NCBI GenBank assembly: GCA_030018905.1
Contig: JASEHJ010000019.1
Location: 1-24,000 of the forward strand
Reading direction: 5' to 3'
From: a bacterium
Lineage (GTDB): Bacteria; Sysuimicrobiota; Sysuimicrobiia; Sysuimicrobiales; Humicultoraceae
DNA length: 24,000 nt
Part shown: positions 6,447-14,378 of the stretch, piece by piece
Numbering within the stretch: the first letter of the stretch is position 1
How the letters are laid out: the number at the start of each line of letters is the position of its first letter
Program-made: the position numbers and the translations under genes
The notes under the pieces: model-generated
The model's database searches: none
What the model was told of the DNA's origin: nothing
The model's input: only the letters and a program-made list of their open reading frames with translations

Positions 6447-7422
6447 CGGGCCGACGCTGATCCTCGGCGAAGAGGAGTATCTGGCCGAGCAGACGCTTGC
6501 TCGGCTGCTCGGCGAGGCGCTTCCACCCGCGGAGCGGCAGCTCAACCTGGACGTGCTTGACGGCGGCGCGCCCCTGGGTGAGCTGCTGACCCGTTTGGAC
6601 ACCGCGCCGTTCTTCGGTCCGCGCCGCGTGGTGGTCGTCCGGCGGCTGGAGGCGATGCGCGAGGCCGACCACGAGGCGCTTGTTTCCTACCTCGAGCGTG
6701 GAGACAGCCCTACCACCGGCATCTTTGTTGCGCGGGAGATGGACCGGCGCCGGCGGTTGTTCCTGACGTTCAAGCGAGTGGGAACCGTCATCGAGTGCCG
6801 CCCTATCCCGCCGCGCGAGCGGGGGGCGTGGGTGGCAAAGTTGTTTGTGGCCGCGGGCAAGACCCCTGGGCGCGGGGTGGCGGAGGGGCTGGTTGCAACA
6901 GTAGGGGGCAGCCTGCGCGATCTCTACAACGAGGTGGCTAAGGTGGCCGCCTACGTTGGTGAGCGCCCGCAGGTAACCACGGCGGACGTGGAAGCCATAG
7001 CCAGCCGGCTGGGCGAGGCCTCGATCTTCACGCTTGTAGACGCGGTAGGGGGGGGTAATGCCGCAGGAGCGCTGCGCGCTCTCCACGACCGCCTCGCAAC
7101 GCAAGAGCCGCTGCAGGTGCTCTTCATGATTGTCCGGCAGTTCCGCCTGATCGTTCGCGCGCACGCTGCCGCGGCCAAGGGCGGCCCGTCCAACCGGCTG
7201 GCCGAGCATCTCGGCGTGCACCCATTTGTTGCACGCAAGATCGCCGAGCAGGCGCGCGGCTATCGGGCGGATCAGTTCGCGGGGATCTTCGATGCGCTGG
7301 AGGCCGCCGACCGGGCCATCAAGTCAGGGAGCGCTCCACGGCTCGTCCTGGAAACGCTGATCGTGCGCCTTGCCGGCCGCAGGGCTCCGGCAGCGCAGCA
7401 GCGGACCTCCCTGCGGGCCTAG
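6430..7422 (+). CDS. holA: DNA polymerase III subunit delta
   Basis: The 330-aa product starts ..LILGEEEYLAEQTL, a HolA-type N-terminus (GEE.[YF]L). The position directly after comEC matches Bacillus. GTG 6430 lies 8 nt after GAGGAG and overlaps the comEC end by 17 nt. Confidence 0.85.
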   Translation: MHSGVDGPTLILGEEEYLAEQTLARLLGEALPPAERQLNLDVLDGGAPLGELLTRLDTAPFFGPRRVVVVRRLEAMREADHEALVSYLERGDSPTTGIFVAREMDRRRRLFLTFKRVGTVIECRPIPPRERGAWVAKLFVAAGKTPGRGVAEGLVATVGGSLRDLYNEVAKVAAYVGERPQVTTADVEAIASRLGEASIFTLVDAVGGGNAAGALRALHDRLATQEPLQVLFMIVRQFRLIVRAHAAAAKGGPSNRLAEHLGVHPFVARKIAEQARGYRADQFAGIFDALEAADRAIKSGSAPRLVLETLIVRLAGRRAPAAQQRTSLRA

Positions 7423-7658
7423 CCTGCCTTGCCTGAGGCGCGGCGCATCATGCGAGACTTCTTGCGGGCAGCGGTGTTGGGGTGTATCACCCGGCGTGCC
7501 GCGGCCTTGTCCAGGGCGATTTGCGCCGTGGCAATCGCCTCAGGGGTGGTTCCCGCGCGTACCAGCGACTTGGCCTTCGACTTCACGGAAAGGTTGGCCT
7601 GGGCTCGCTTGGCCGACTTCCGTAAGTGCTTGAGTCCTGACTTGATTCGCTTCGCCAC
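7419..7658 (-). CDS. rpsT: 30S ribosomal protein S20
   Basis: The translation VAKRIKSGLKHLRKSAKRAQANLSVKSKAKSLVR...HPNTAARKKSRMMRRA is typical of S20. GTG at 7658 lies 6 nt after the SD GGAGGG (reverse complement of 7665-7670). The longer track ORF (to 7733) has no support. Confidence 0.93.
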   Translation of the reverse strand: MAKRIKSGLKHLRKSAKRAQANLSVKSKAKSLVRAGTTPEAIATAQIALDKAAARRVIHPNTAARKKSRMMRRASGKAG

Positions 7659-7704
7659 ACATATCCCTCCGGCTGCCGCCCGTGTGGCGCGGCAGTCCTG
7701 GGCG

Positions 7705-7733
7705 ATTCTAGCATGACCGCTCCAGTGCCACAA
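7705..7733 (-). promoter_or_regulatory. Putative rpsT promoter (TTGTGG-17 nt-TAGAAT with an extended -10 TG)
   Basis: The minus strand reads cTTGTGGcactggagcggtcaTGcTAGAATcgcc. The -35 is the reverse complement of 7728-7733 and the -10 is the reverse complement of 7705-7710. The predicted TSS is near 7698. Confidence 0.5.
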
Positions 7734-7756
7734 GTCGCCGCCGGAGAGGGCGGGTC

Positions 7757-9343
7757 TTGAACGCCCAACCCCGGCAGCGCCTTGCGCACGCCGCCACGCT
7801 CCTGGCCGGTGCCACGGTGGGCAGTCGCGTTCTGGGCTTGCTTCGGGAGATTGTCGTGGCCGCGATGTTCGGTGCCTCCGACGCCAGGGCGGCGTTCGTC
7901 ATCGGATACTACGTCCCGTTCTTCGTCCAGCGCCTGCTAATAGGCGGCACCCTCAGCATCGTCCTCATTCCAACCATCTCTGAAGCCCTCGCACGCGGCG
8001 ACGAGTCGGAGATGCGTCAGGTGACCTCGCGGCTGTTCACCCTTGTCCTGGCGTTCGGCGTGGGGATGGTGGTGCTCGGACAGCTTGCCGCGCCCGCGCT
8101 GGTGCGTCTGGCAGCGCCGGGTTTCGCAGGGGACCCGGTGCAGTTCGCCCGTACGGTGGCCCTAACCAGGGTTAACTTCTTGGCGATGTTCTTCCTGGCC
8201 CTTGCGGTCTTCGCCACCGCTTACCTGCAGGCGCTTCGCCGGTTCACTGCCCCTGCGGTGGCTCCGCTGGCCTTCAACGTGGCCATCATCGCGGGGACGG
8301 TCGTGCTGGGGCCCAGGATGGGGATCACCGGGCTGGCGGTGGCCTGGGTGGTCGGGACCGCCATCCAGTTCCTCGTTCAGGTGCCGGCACTGCACGCTGC
8401 CGGGTTCCGCTACCGTCCGGAGTTCGACTGGTCCCACCCGGCCATCCGCACGGTGCAGCGGCTGGCGCTGCCGGCAATGCTCGGCCTGGCCATCGTGGAG
8501 ATCAACGCCTACGTGGGGCGGTTCTTCGCGTCGCTTCTCCCGGTCGTAACCGGCGTGAACGCGGTTGCCGCGCTGGATTATGCCTACGAGATGGTCCAGG
8601 CGCCCGTGGGAATCCTGGCCATATCCGTGGCAACGGTGCTCTTCCCGGGAATGAGCCAGCTTGCCGCCGCGGGCGACCGCGTGGGGCTCCGCCAGACCGC
8701 GTCGCTGGGGCTGCGCAGCCTCCTGTTTCTCACGGCGCCCGTGTCGCTCGGCCTGGCCGTCTTCGCTCGCCCCCTGGTCCAACTGGTCTTCGAGCGCGGT
8801 GAGTTCGGCTCCGCCGCAACCGGGGTGGTGGCCGCGTGCCTGGCAGCCTACGCCGTGGGACTGGTGCCGGTGGCAGCCTATTACGTTGTTACCCGGACGT
8901 TTTACTCCCTCAAGAACATGCGCACGCCGGTGGCGATCGGCGCCGCAATGGTATTCCTGAACGCCGTCCTGGCCTATGCCTTCATGCAGAGGATGGGGGT
9001 GGCAGGGATCGCCCTGGCCTCCGCCGTGGTGGCGTTTGTGAACGTGGGGTTGCTGCTGTGGATGCTGGCGCGTGATCTGGGCCCTCTGGATGCCCGTAGC
9101 CTCGCGGGCACGGCCGGTCGCGTGCTGGTGGCTGCCGCGTCCGCCGTGTGGGTGGGATGGATGGTGGCACAGCGCGGGCTCATGGACGGCCGCCTCATGG
9201 AACGCGCCGACCTGCTGTTCTTGGCCTCCGGTGCCGGGGCGGCGGCCTTAGTATACCTGGCAGCCTGCGCCCTGCTGCGCGTGGAGGAACTGGCGCTCGT
9301 GCGGGGCCTTATACGTCGCAGGTCGGTTCTCCCCGTTCCTTGA
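7757..9343 (+). CDS. murJ: Lipid II flippase MurJ (MviN family)
   Basis: This is a 528-aa polytopic membrane protein. The N-terminus ..GATVGSRVLGLLREIVVAAMFGASDARAAFVIGYYVPFFVQRLL matches the MurJ signature (SR.LG..R......FG.....DAF......P...RR.). TTG 7757 lies 7 nt after GGAGAGGG. Confidence 0.9.
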   Translation: MNAQPRQRLAHAATLLAGATVGSRVLGLLREIVVAAMFGASDARAAFVIGYYVPFFVQRLLIGGTLSIVLIPTISEALARGDESEMRQVTSRLFTLVLAFGVGMVVLGQLAAPALVRLAAPGFAGDPVQFARTVALTRVNFLAMFFLALAVFATAYLQALRRFTAPAVAPLAFNVAIIAGTVVLGPRMGITGLAVAWVVGTAIQFLVQVPALHAAGFRYRPEFDWSHPAIRTVQRLALPAMLGLAIVEINAYVGRFFASLLPVVTGVNAVAALDYAYEMVQAPVGILAISVATVLFPGMSQLAAAGDRVGLRQTASLGLRSLLFLTAPVSLGLAVFARPLVQLVFERGEFGSAATGVVAACLAAYAVGLVPVAAYYVVTRTFYSLKNMRTPVAIGAAMVFLNAVLAYAFMQRMGVAGIALASAVVAFVNVGLLLWMLARDLGPLDARSLAGTAGRVLVAAASAVWVGWMVAQRGLMDGRLMERADLLFLASGAGAAALVYLAACALLRVEELALVRGLIRRRSVLPVP

Positions 9344-9369
9344 CACCCCAAAATCCACGATGCTACGCT
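9340..9369 (+). promoter_or_regulatory. Putative hrcA promoter (TTGACA-18 nt-TACGCT with an upstream TG)
   Basis: TTGACA at 9340-9345 overlaps the murJ stop. TGcTACGCT lies at 9361-9369. The promoter sits just upstream of the CIRCE operator, which is the classical arrangement. Confidence 0.5.
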
Positions 9370-9380
9370 GAATCCGGTCG

Positions 9381-9407
9381 CTGGCACTCTGGGCGGAGGA
9401 GTGCCAG
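9381..9407 (+). promoter_or_regulatory. CIRCE operator (HrcA binding site)
   Basis: CTGGCACTC-N9-GAGTGCCAG is a perfect 9-bp inverted repeat with a 9-nt spacer. It matches the CIRCE consensus TTAGCACTC-N9-GAGTGCTAA at 7 of 9 positions per arm and lies immediately upstream of hrcA. Confidence 0.85.
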
Positions 9408-9421
9408 CCGCAGGTGGATGG

Positions 9422-10450
9422 ATGATGAAGCTTGATGCCCGCAGGCGTATCCTGCTCCGCACTGTCGTGGAGGAGCACGTCCGCACGGCTGAGCCGGTGG
9501 GTTCGGAACACGCCGCGCTTCGGGGGCGGCTGCGGGTGAGCCCTGCCACAATCCGCAGCGCCCTGGCCAGCATGGAAGAACTGGGCCTGCTTACCCATCC
9601 GCACACCTCTGCCGGTCGGATCCCCACTGACCGTGGATACCGCGTCTACGTGGATATGTTGCCAAAGGCCGACCCGCTCAGTAGCTCGGCGCGCCAGAAG
9701 ATACGTCGCCGGCTGGGCGATCCGGCTGAGGAGCCCGGCGACGTGGTCAACGATGCCGCGCGCATGCTCGCCGGCATGACCGGGTACGCTTCGGTCGTGG
9801 CGGCGCCGGGCCTCCAGGAACAGATGTTTGGCTCATTGCACCTTGTGCCGCTGGGCGAGCAGCGCGCGCTCGCGGTGATTGCCACGGACTCCGGGGCGCT
9901 GCAAGGGCATTCAATTGAGCTCCCGGAGGGAGTGGCGCCCGACGATCTCGAGCACCTGTCGCGTGCAATTACCCACCGGTTGCAGGGTTCCCGGGTAGGA
10001 GACCTGACCCACCAGCGCCTGGAGCAGGTTCTCGGCGAGGCCTGCCATCACCACCGCTGGCTGGAGGAGGTCAAGGCCTGGCTATGGCGCAACCTCGCCC
10101 AGGGTATCCGGCCGCAGATACGGGTCGCGGGCGCCCGCCATCTCCTGGCGGAGCCGGAGTTCAAGAGCCCGGATCGGGCGACCCGGCTGTTTGAGGCTCT
10201 TGAAGACGAATCGGCCCTGGTTGGCATGCTGGCCGCGGTGCCGGATGAAGGGGTCTGGATCCTCATCGGCGAGGAGAACCCGCACGAGCAGCTTCGCGCC
10301 TGCAGCCTGGTAATGTCAGCCTACCGTGCGGGCGACCGGCGCGGCACCATTGCCATCCTCGGGCCCACCCGGATGCGCTACCGTAGGGCCGTCACCGCGG
10401 TCCGATTCGTTGCGGAAAGCCTCAGTGAGGCAATGAGGTCGTCGGCTTAG
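9422..10450 (+). CDS. hrcA: Heat-inducible transcriptional repressor HrcA
   Basis: The translation MMKLDARRRILLRTVVEEHVRTAEPVGSEHAA... is an HrcA-type winged-helix N-terminus (R...IL..I...Y....PVGS). The C-terminus has GTIAILGPTRMRY (the conserved G.IGP.RM.Y motif). I chose ATG 9422 because the track start GTG 9401 lies inside CIRCE; ATG 9425 is equally possible. Confidence 0.92.
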   Translation: MMKLDARRRILLRTVVEEHVRTAEPVGSEHAALRGRLRVSPATIRSALASMEELGLLTHPHTSAGRIPTDRGYRVYVDMLPKADPLSSSARQKIRRRLGDPAEEPGDVVNDAARMLAGMTGYASVVAAPGLQEQMFGSLHLVPLGEQRALAVIATDSGALQGHSIELPEGVAPDDLEHLSRAITHRLQGSRVGDLTHQRLEQVLGEACHHHRWLEEVKAWLWRNLAQGIRPQIRVAGARHLLAEPEFKSPDRATRLFEALEDESALVGMLAAVPDEGVWILIGEENPHEQLRACSLVMSAYRAGDRRGTIAILGPTRMRYRRAVTAVRFVAESLSEAMRSSA

Positions 10451-10486
10451 GGCTCCGGCCTCCATCCCGCCGACACAACCGTGCAC

Positions 10487-11611
10487 ATGGCATCCAGAGA
10501 CCTCTACGAGATCCTCGGCGTTGACCGCCGGGCCAGTCAGGAAGAGATCAAGCAGGTCTACCGCCGGCTCGCGCGCGAGACCCACCCAGATGTCCGGCGC
10601 GACGACCCCCATGCCACTGAACGCTTCAAGGACGTCAACGAGGCCTACGCTGTGCTGAGCGACCCGGTCAAGCGCAGCCAGTACGATCGGTTTGGCCAGG
10701 TGGGCTCGGAGGCCGGTCCCTTCGGCGGCGCCGCCGGCCCCTTCGAGGATCTCTTCGAGATGTTCTTCGGCGGCCGCGGCAGGCCGGCCAGGGCTGAGAG
10801 GGAAGGGCCTGAGCGGGGTTCAGACATGCGCTACGACCTGGAGGTGACCCTTGATGAGGTTGCCTCGGGCGTAGAGCGACGCATAACCGTAGATCGGCTC
10901 GAGACCTGTCCGGTCTGCTTCGGCACCGGGGCTCAGCAGGGATCGAGCCCAGAGCGCTGTCCGTCCTGCAATGGGACCGGGGAGGTCCGCCACGCCCAGC
11001 GCACTGTCTTCGGTCACATGACGCAGGTCATGACGTGCGGCCAGTGTGGAGGCACGGGCACTTACATCGCCCGTCCCTGCACGAGCTGTCGTGGCGCGGG
11101 CCAGGCAGAGGCCAGGAAAGAGATCACCGTAACCATCCCCGCCGGGGTGGAGGACGGCATGCACCTGCGCCTGGCCGGCGAGGGCGAAGCCGGCGTGCGC
11201 GGGGGAGGCCGCGGCGATCTCTTCGTGGTCATTCACGTTGCGCCGCACCCGGTGTTTGCCCGTCGCGGACGAGACATCTACCGGGACATTGAACTCACCA
11301 TGACGCAGGCCGTGTTGGGCGACGAGGTGGAGTTACCGGGCCTTGAGGGCACGGTTCCGGTGAAGGTGCCGGCCGGCACGCAGCCGGGCGCGAAGATCTC
11401 GGTGCACGGTAGGGGACTACCCGACCTGCGCGGCGGGCGAGGCAGTCTGCACCTGACGGCTCGGGTTGTCATCCCGACGCGGCTGACGCGCGAGCAGCGG
11501 GCATTGCTCGAGGAGCTCGCGCGCCTTGGGGGCGAGCGGCCGCAGGGAGACGAGAAGCGGAAGGGCAAGCGTAAGCCGATCCTCAAGAAGATGCAGGATC
11601 TGCTCAAGTAG
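10487..11611 (+). CDS. dnaJ: Molecular chaperone DnaJ (type I Hsp40)
   Basis: The J-domain reads DLYEILGV...[11 protein letters not shown] (HPD motif). It is followed by a G/F region and four zinc-finger repeats ([32 protein letters not shown]). The start is ATG 10487; GTG 10481 is an alternative. Confidence 0.95.
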   Translation: MASRDLYEILGVDRRASQEEIKQVYRRLARETHPDVRRDDPHATERFKDVNEAYAVLSDPVKRSQYDRFGQVGSEAGPFGGAAGPFEDLFEMFFGGRGRPARAEREGPERGSDMRYDLEVTLDEVASGVERRITVDRLETCPVCFGTGAQQGSSPERCPSCNGTGEVRHAQRTVFGHMTQVMTCGQCGGTGTYIARPCTSCRGAGQAEARKEITVTIPAGVEDGMHLRLAGEGEAGVRGGGRGDLFVVIHVAPHPVFARRGRDIYRDIELTMTQAVLGDEVELPGLEGTVPVKVPAGTQPGAKISVHGRGLPDLRGGRGSLHLTARVVIPTRLTREQRALLEELARLGGERPQGDEKRKGKRKPILKKMQDLLK

Positions 11612-11633
11612 GTTTGAGCAGCGGGTCGCCACC

Positions 11634-12491
11634 ATGCGATGGATCGAGATCTCCGTGGACGTTCGGTTCCAAGACTCCGAGACGGCGGGTGACTGCCTGC
11701 TGCGCCACTGCCCGGCCGGGCTTTCCGAGAGCGCAAAACCTGGCCGAGGCCGTCGGGTGTTACGTGCCTACCTACCCTCCACCAGGGACGGCCGCATCGT
11801 CCTCTCTCGCCTCAGGCGCGCGCTCGCGCGTGAGGCGGCCTCCGGTAGCGTCGGCGTGCGGGTGATAGGCGATACGGACTGGGTCAGCCTGTGGCGGGTG
11901 CACGCGAAGCCGGTGCGGGTAGGTCGTCTTACGGTGCATCCCACCTGGATGCGGTCCAGGGTTGGCTCAGGGCAGGCGCTGGTTAGGCTCGATGCAGGGC
12001 AGGCCTTTGGCAGCGGCGAGCACCCTTCGACCCAACTCTGCCTGGCCGCGGTGGAGCGCTACGTACGAGGCGGCGAGACGGTGCTCGACCTCGGCACCGG
12101 TTCGGGGATTCTGGCCATAGCGGCCGCGCGCCTGGGCGCGCGACGGGTGTTGGCGATTGACGACGATGAGCTCGCCGTATCGATAGCCCGCGCCAACGTG
12201 CGCGCCAACGGCGTGGAGCGCAGCGTATTGGTTAGGCGCGGCTCAGGCCTAGGTCGCGTGCGAATGCGCGCGGACCTGATTGTTGCGAACCTCACGCCGG
12301 AGATTCTGGCCGGCATCCTTCGCCATGTTGGGCGGTGCCTGGCTCCCGGAGGCCGGTTCGTGGCGAGCGGCTTCGGCCCTGCGCGCGCCTCCGCGGTTGC
12401 GCGCCTGGCCCAGGCGTCCGGGCTGCGTGTCGTTGGGGTGGAGGCGCGCCGCGGCTGGCGCGCCGTGCACGCCGAGGCAGGGCGGCCTTGA
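11634..12491 (+). CDS. prmA: Ribosomal protein L11 methyltransferase
   Basis: The protein starts MRWIEISV, a PrmA-type N-terminus, and carries the SAM-binding motif VLDLGTGSGILAIAAARLGA. It sits after dnaJ, as in Bacillus. The track start at 11526 overlaps dnaJ. Confidence 0.9.
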   Translation: MRWIEISVDVRFQDSETAGDCLLRHCPAGLSESAKPGRGRRVLRAYLPSTRDGRIVLSRLRRALAREAASGSVGVRVIGDTDWVSLWRVHAKPVRVGRLTVHPTWMRSRVGSGQALVRLDAGQAFGSGEHPSTQLCLAAVERYVRGGETVLDLGTGSGILAIAAARLGARRVLAIDDDELAVSIARANVRANGVERSVLVRRGSGLGRVRMRADLIVANLTPEILAGILRHVGRCLAPGGRFVASGFGPARASAVARLAQASGLRVVGVEARRGWRAVHAEAGRP

Positions 12492-13240
12492 CGCGCCGCC
12501 GCTTCTACGCCGCGCCGCAGGTACTCGGTCAGGGGACCATTTCCTTCGCGGCGCGCGAAGCACACCACATCGCGAGGGTGTTGCGGCTGCGGCCCGGTGC
12601 CAGGCTGGTTGCCTTTGACGGATCCCGCGAGGTTGAGGTAGAGCTCACCGAGGTTGGTCCCTCGGGCGTTACCGCCCGACGCACCGGACCAGTGTCCGTT
12701 TCACGGCGGCCGGTGGAGATAGCGCTGATCCAGGGCATACCGCGCGGCGGAAAGATGGATCAGGTCGTGCGGATGGGCACCGAGATAGGGCTCTCCGCCA
12801 TCCATCCGGTCCTGACCGACCGCACGGTGGTTGAACCGAGTACGTCCCGCGTGGACCGCTGGCGCCGGGTGGCGCAGGAAGCGGCCAGGCAATGCGGGCG
12901 AGGCGACTGTCCGGAGATCCACGCGCCAGCGCGTCTTGAGGAGGCGCTGGCGGCCGTGGGTCCGGTGGACCTATTCGTCGTACCCTGGGAGAGCGAGGCC
13001 CGCCCGATCGGCGAGGTTGTGGCGGCACGCCCGTTCCACACGGCCGCCATTCTGATCGGACCCGAGGGCGGGCTAACTGCCGGGGACGTCGCCGCCGCCC
13101 GCGCCGCCGGAGGGCAGTCGGTTTCGCTCGGTGCGCTGGTCCTGCGCACCGAGACCGCCGGATTGGTCGCGACCGCCATGCTACTCTACGAGCGCCTGCT
13201 CCGCCCCAGGCCTGAGCCCTCCGCGGAGGCCCGGGATTGA
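12488..13240 (+). CDS. rsmE: 16S rRNA (uracil1498-N3)-methyltransferase RsmE
   Basis: From TTG 12488 the protein reads LTRRRFYAAP... (RsmE proteins begin M.R.F). The C-terminus has ILIGPEGGLT and LGALVLRTETA (SPOUT knot motifs). TTG overlaps the prmA stop (TTGA). Confidence 0.88.
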   Translation: MTRRRFYAAPQVLGQGTISFAAREAHHIARVLRLRPGARLVAFDGSREVEVELTEVGPSGVTARRTGPVSVSRRPVEIALIQGIPRGGKMDQVVRMGTEIGLSAIHPVLTDRTVVEPSTSRVDRWRRVAQEAARQCGRGDCPEIHAPARLEEALAAVGPVDLFVVPWESEARPIGEVVAARPFHTAAILIGPEGGLTAGDVAAARAAGGQSVSLGALVLRTETAGLVATAMLLYERLLRPRPEPSAEARD

Positions 13241-13244
13241 GGGG

Positions 13245-13274
13245 CTTGCACTTTCATGCACTTCGATGTATAAA
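13245..13274 (+). promoter_or_regulatory. Putative argC promoter (TTGCAC-17 nt-TATAAA) overlapped by an ARG-box-like palindrome
   Basis: TTGCAC lies at 13246-13251, followed by a 17-nt spacer and TATAAA at 13269-13274. CTTGCACTTTCATGCACT (13245-13262) contains TGCAC-N6-ATGCA. It resembles the 18-bp ARG box (TGMAT-N6-ATKCA type) bound by ArgR/AhrC. The match was judged by eye only. Confidence 0.45.
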
Positions 13275-13280
13275 GGCCTC

Positions 13281-14318
13281 ATGAAGACACGAGTCAGTAT
13301 CATCGGCGCATCCGGATACGGGGGCGGAGAGATGGTCCGCTTCCTGGTCGGCCACCCCGACGTTACGCTCGTCCACTTGACGGCGGAGACCCGCAAGTTA
13401 GAAGCCTACGGCGAGGTCTTTCCCAACCTGCGCGGCTTCGTGCCGCACGTCACGGAGGACGCGGACCTCGATGCCATCGCCGCCGATTCCGACGTCGCCT
13501 TCATCGCCCTGCCCAACGGGATCGCCATGACGATGGTCCCCAAGCTGGGCCCGCGAGTGAAGGTGGTTGACCTAGGCGCCGATTTCAGGTTCCACGACCC
13601 GGCAACGTACGCAAAGTGGTACAAGGCCGCCCACGCGTGCCCGGAGCTCCTAGAAGGTGCGGTCTACGGCCAACCCGAGCTTCACCGCGAACGCATCCGC
13701 GCTTCGCGCATCGTCGGCAATCCCGGCTGCTACCCGACCGCGGCGCTGATCGCGATAGCGCCCTTCTTGAAGGCCGGCGCGGTGTACTCCGAGGGTATTG
13801 TCGTGGACGCGAAGTCGGGTGTCTCCGGGGCCGGTCGCGGCGCTTCGCTGGGCACGCACTTCTGCGAGGTCAACGAGAACGTCAAGCCCTACAACGTCGT
13901 GGGTCACAGGCACACTCCGGAGATCGAGCAGGAGCTGTCGGGCGTCGCGGGCGTTCCTGTGGCAGTGGTGTTCACGCCGCACCTTATCCCCATGACCAGG
14001 GGGATACTGGCCACGGTGTACATGCGGCCCACCCGCGCCCTTACCACCGCTGAGGCCGAGCAGATCCTTGCCGACGCCTACGCCTCAGAGCCGTTCGTGC
14101 GGGTTTTGCAGGGCGGGCTCCCGGAGACCAAGGCTACCTACGGGTCGAACTACTGCGACGTCGCGGTGCGCGTGGACTCACACGCCGGCGTGGTCATCGC
14201 GATGGCGGCGCTCGACAATCTAGTCAAGGGCGCGGCCGGCCAGGCGATCCAGAACATGAACCTGATGTGCGGGTTCCCCGAACACGCCGGCCTGCGGGAA
14301 CCGCCGCTCTATCCCTGA
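13281..14318 (+). CDS. argC: N-acetyl-gamma-glutamyl-phosphate reductase
   Basis: The N-terminus MKTRVSIIGASGYGGGEMVRFL is a Rossmann fold. The active-site motif is GNPGCYPTA, and LDNLVKGAAGQA occurs near the C-terminus. In-frame ATG 13266 is an alternative start. The track start at 13131 overlaps rsmE. Confidence 0.93.
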   Translation: MKTRVSIIGASGYGGGEMVRFLVGHPDVTLVHLTAETRKLEAYGEVFPNLRGFVPHVTEDADLDAIAADSDVAFIALPNGIAMTMVPKLGPRVKVVDLGADFRFHDPATYAKWYKAAHACPELLEGAVYGQPELHRERIRASRIVGNPGCYPTAALIAIAPFLKAGAVYSEGIVVDAKSGVSGAGRGASLGTHFCEVNENVKPYNVVGHRHTPEIEQELSGVAGVPVAVVFTPHLIPMTRGILATVYMRPTRALTTAEAEQILADAYASEPFVRVLQGGLPETKATYGSNYCDVAVRVDSHAGVVIAMAALDNLVKGAAGQAIQNMNLMCGFPEHAGLREPPLYP

Positions 14319-14378
14319 TTCTTCTAGCGGGCATCAAGTGCCGGTGCCAGCGCGGCCGGCAACAGGAGCGTGAGGATC

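Noticed and set aside
10451-10486. A second CIRCE or separate heat-shock promoter in front of dnaJ.
   Set aside because: The 36-nt spacer contains no inverted repeat resembling GCACTC-N9-GAGTGC and no -35/-10 pair. dnaJ is most simply co-transcribed with hrcA.
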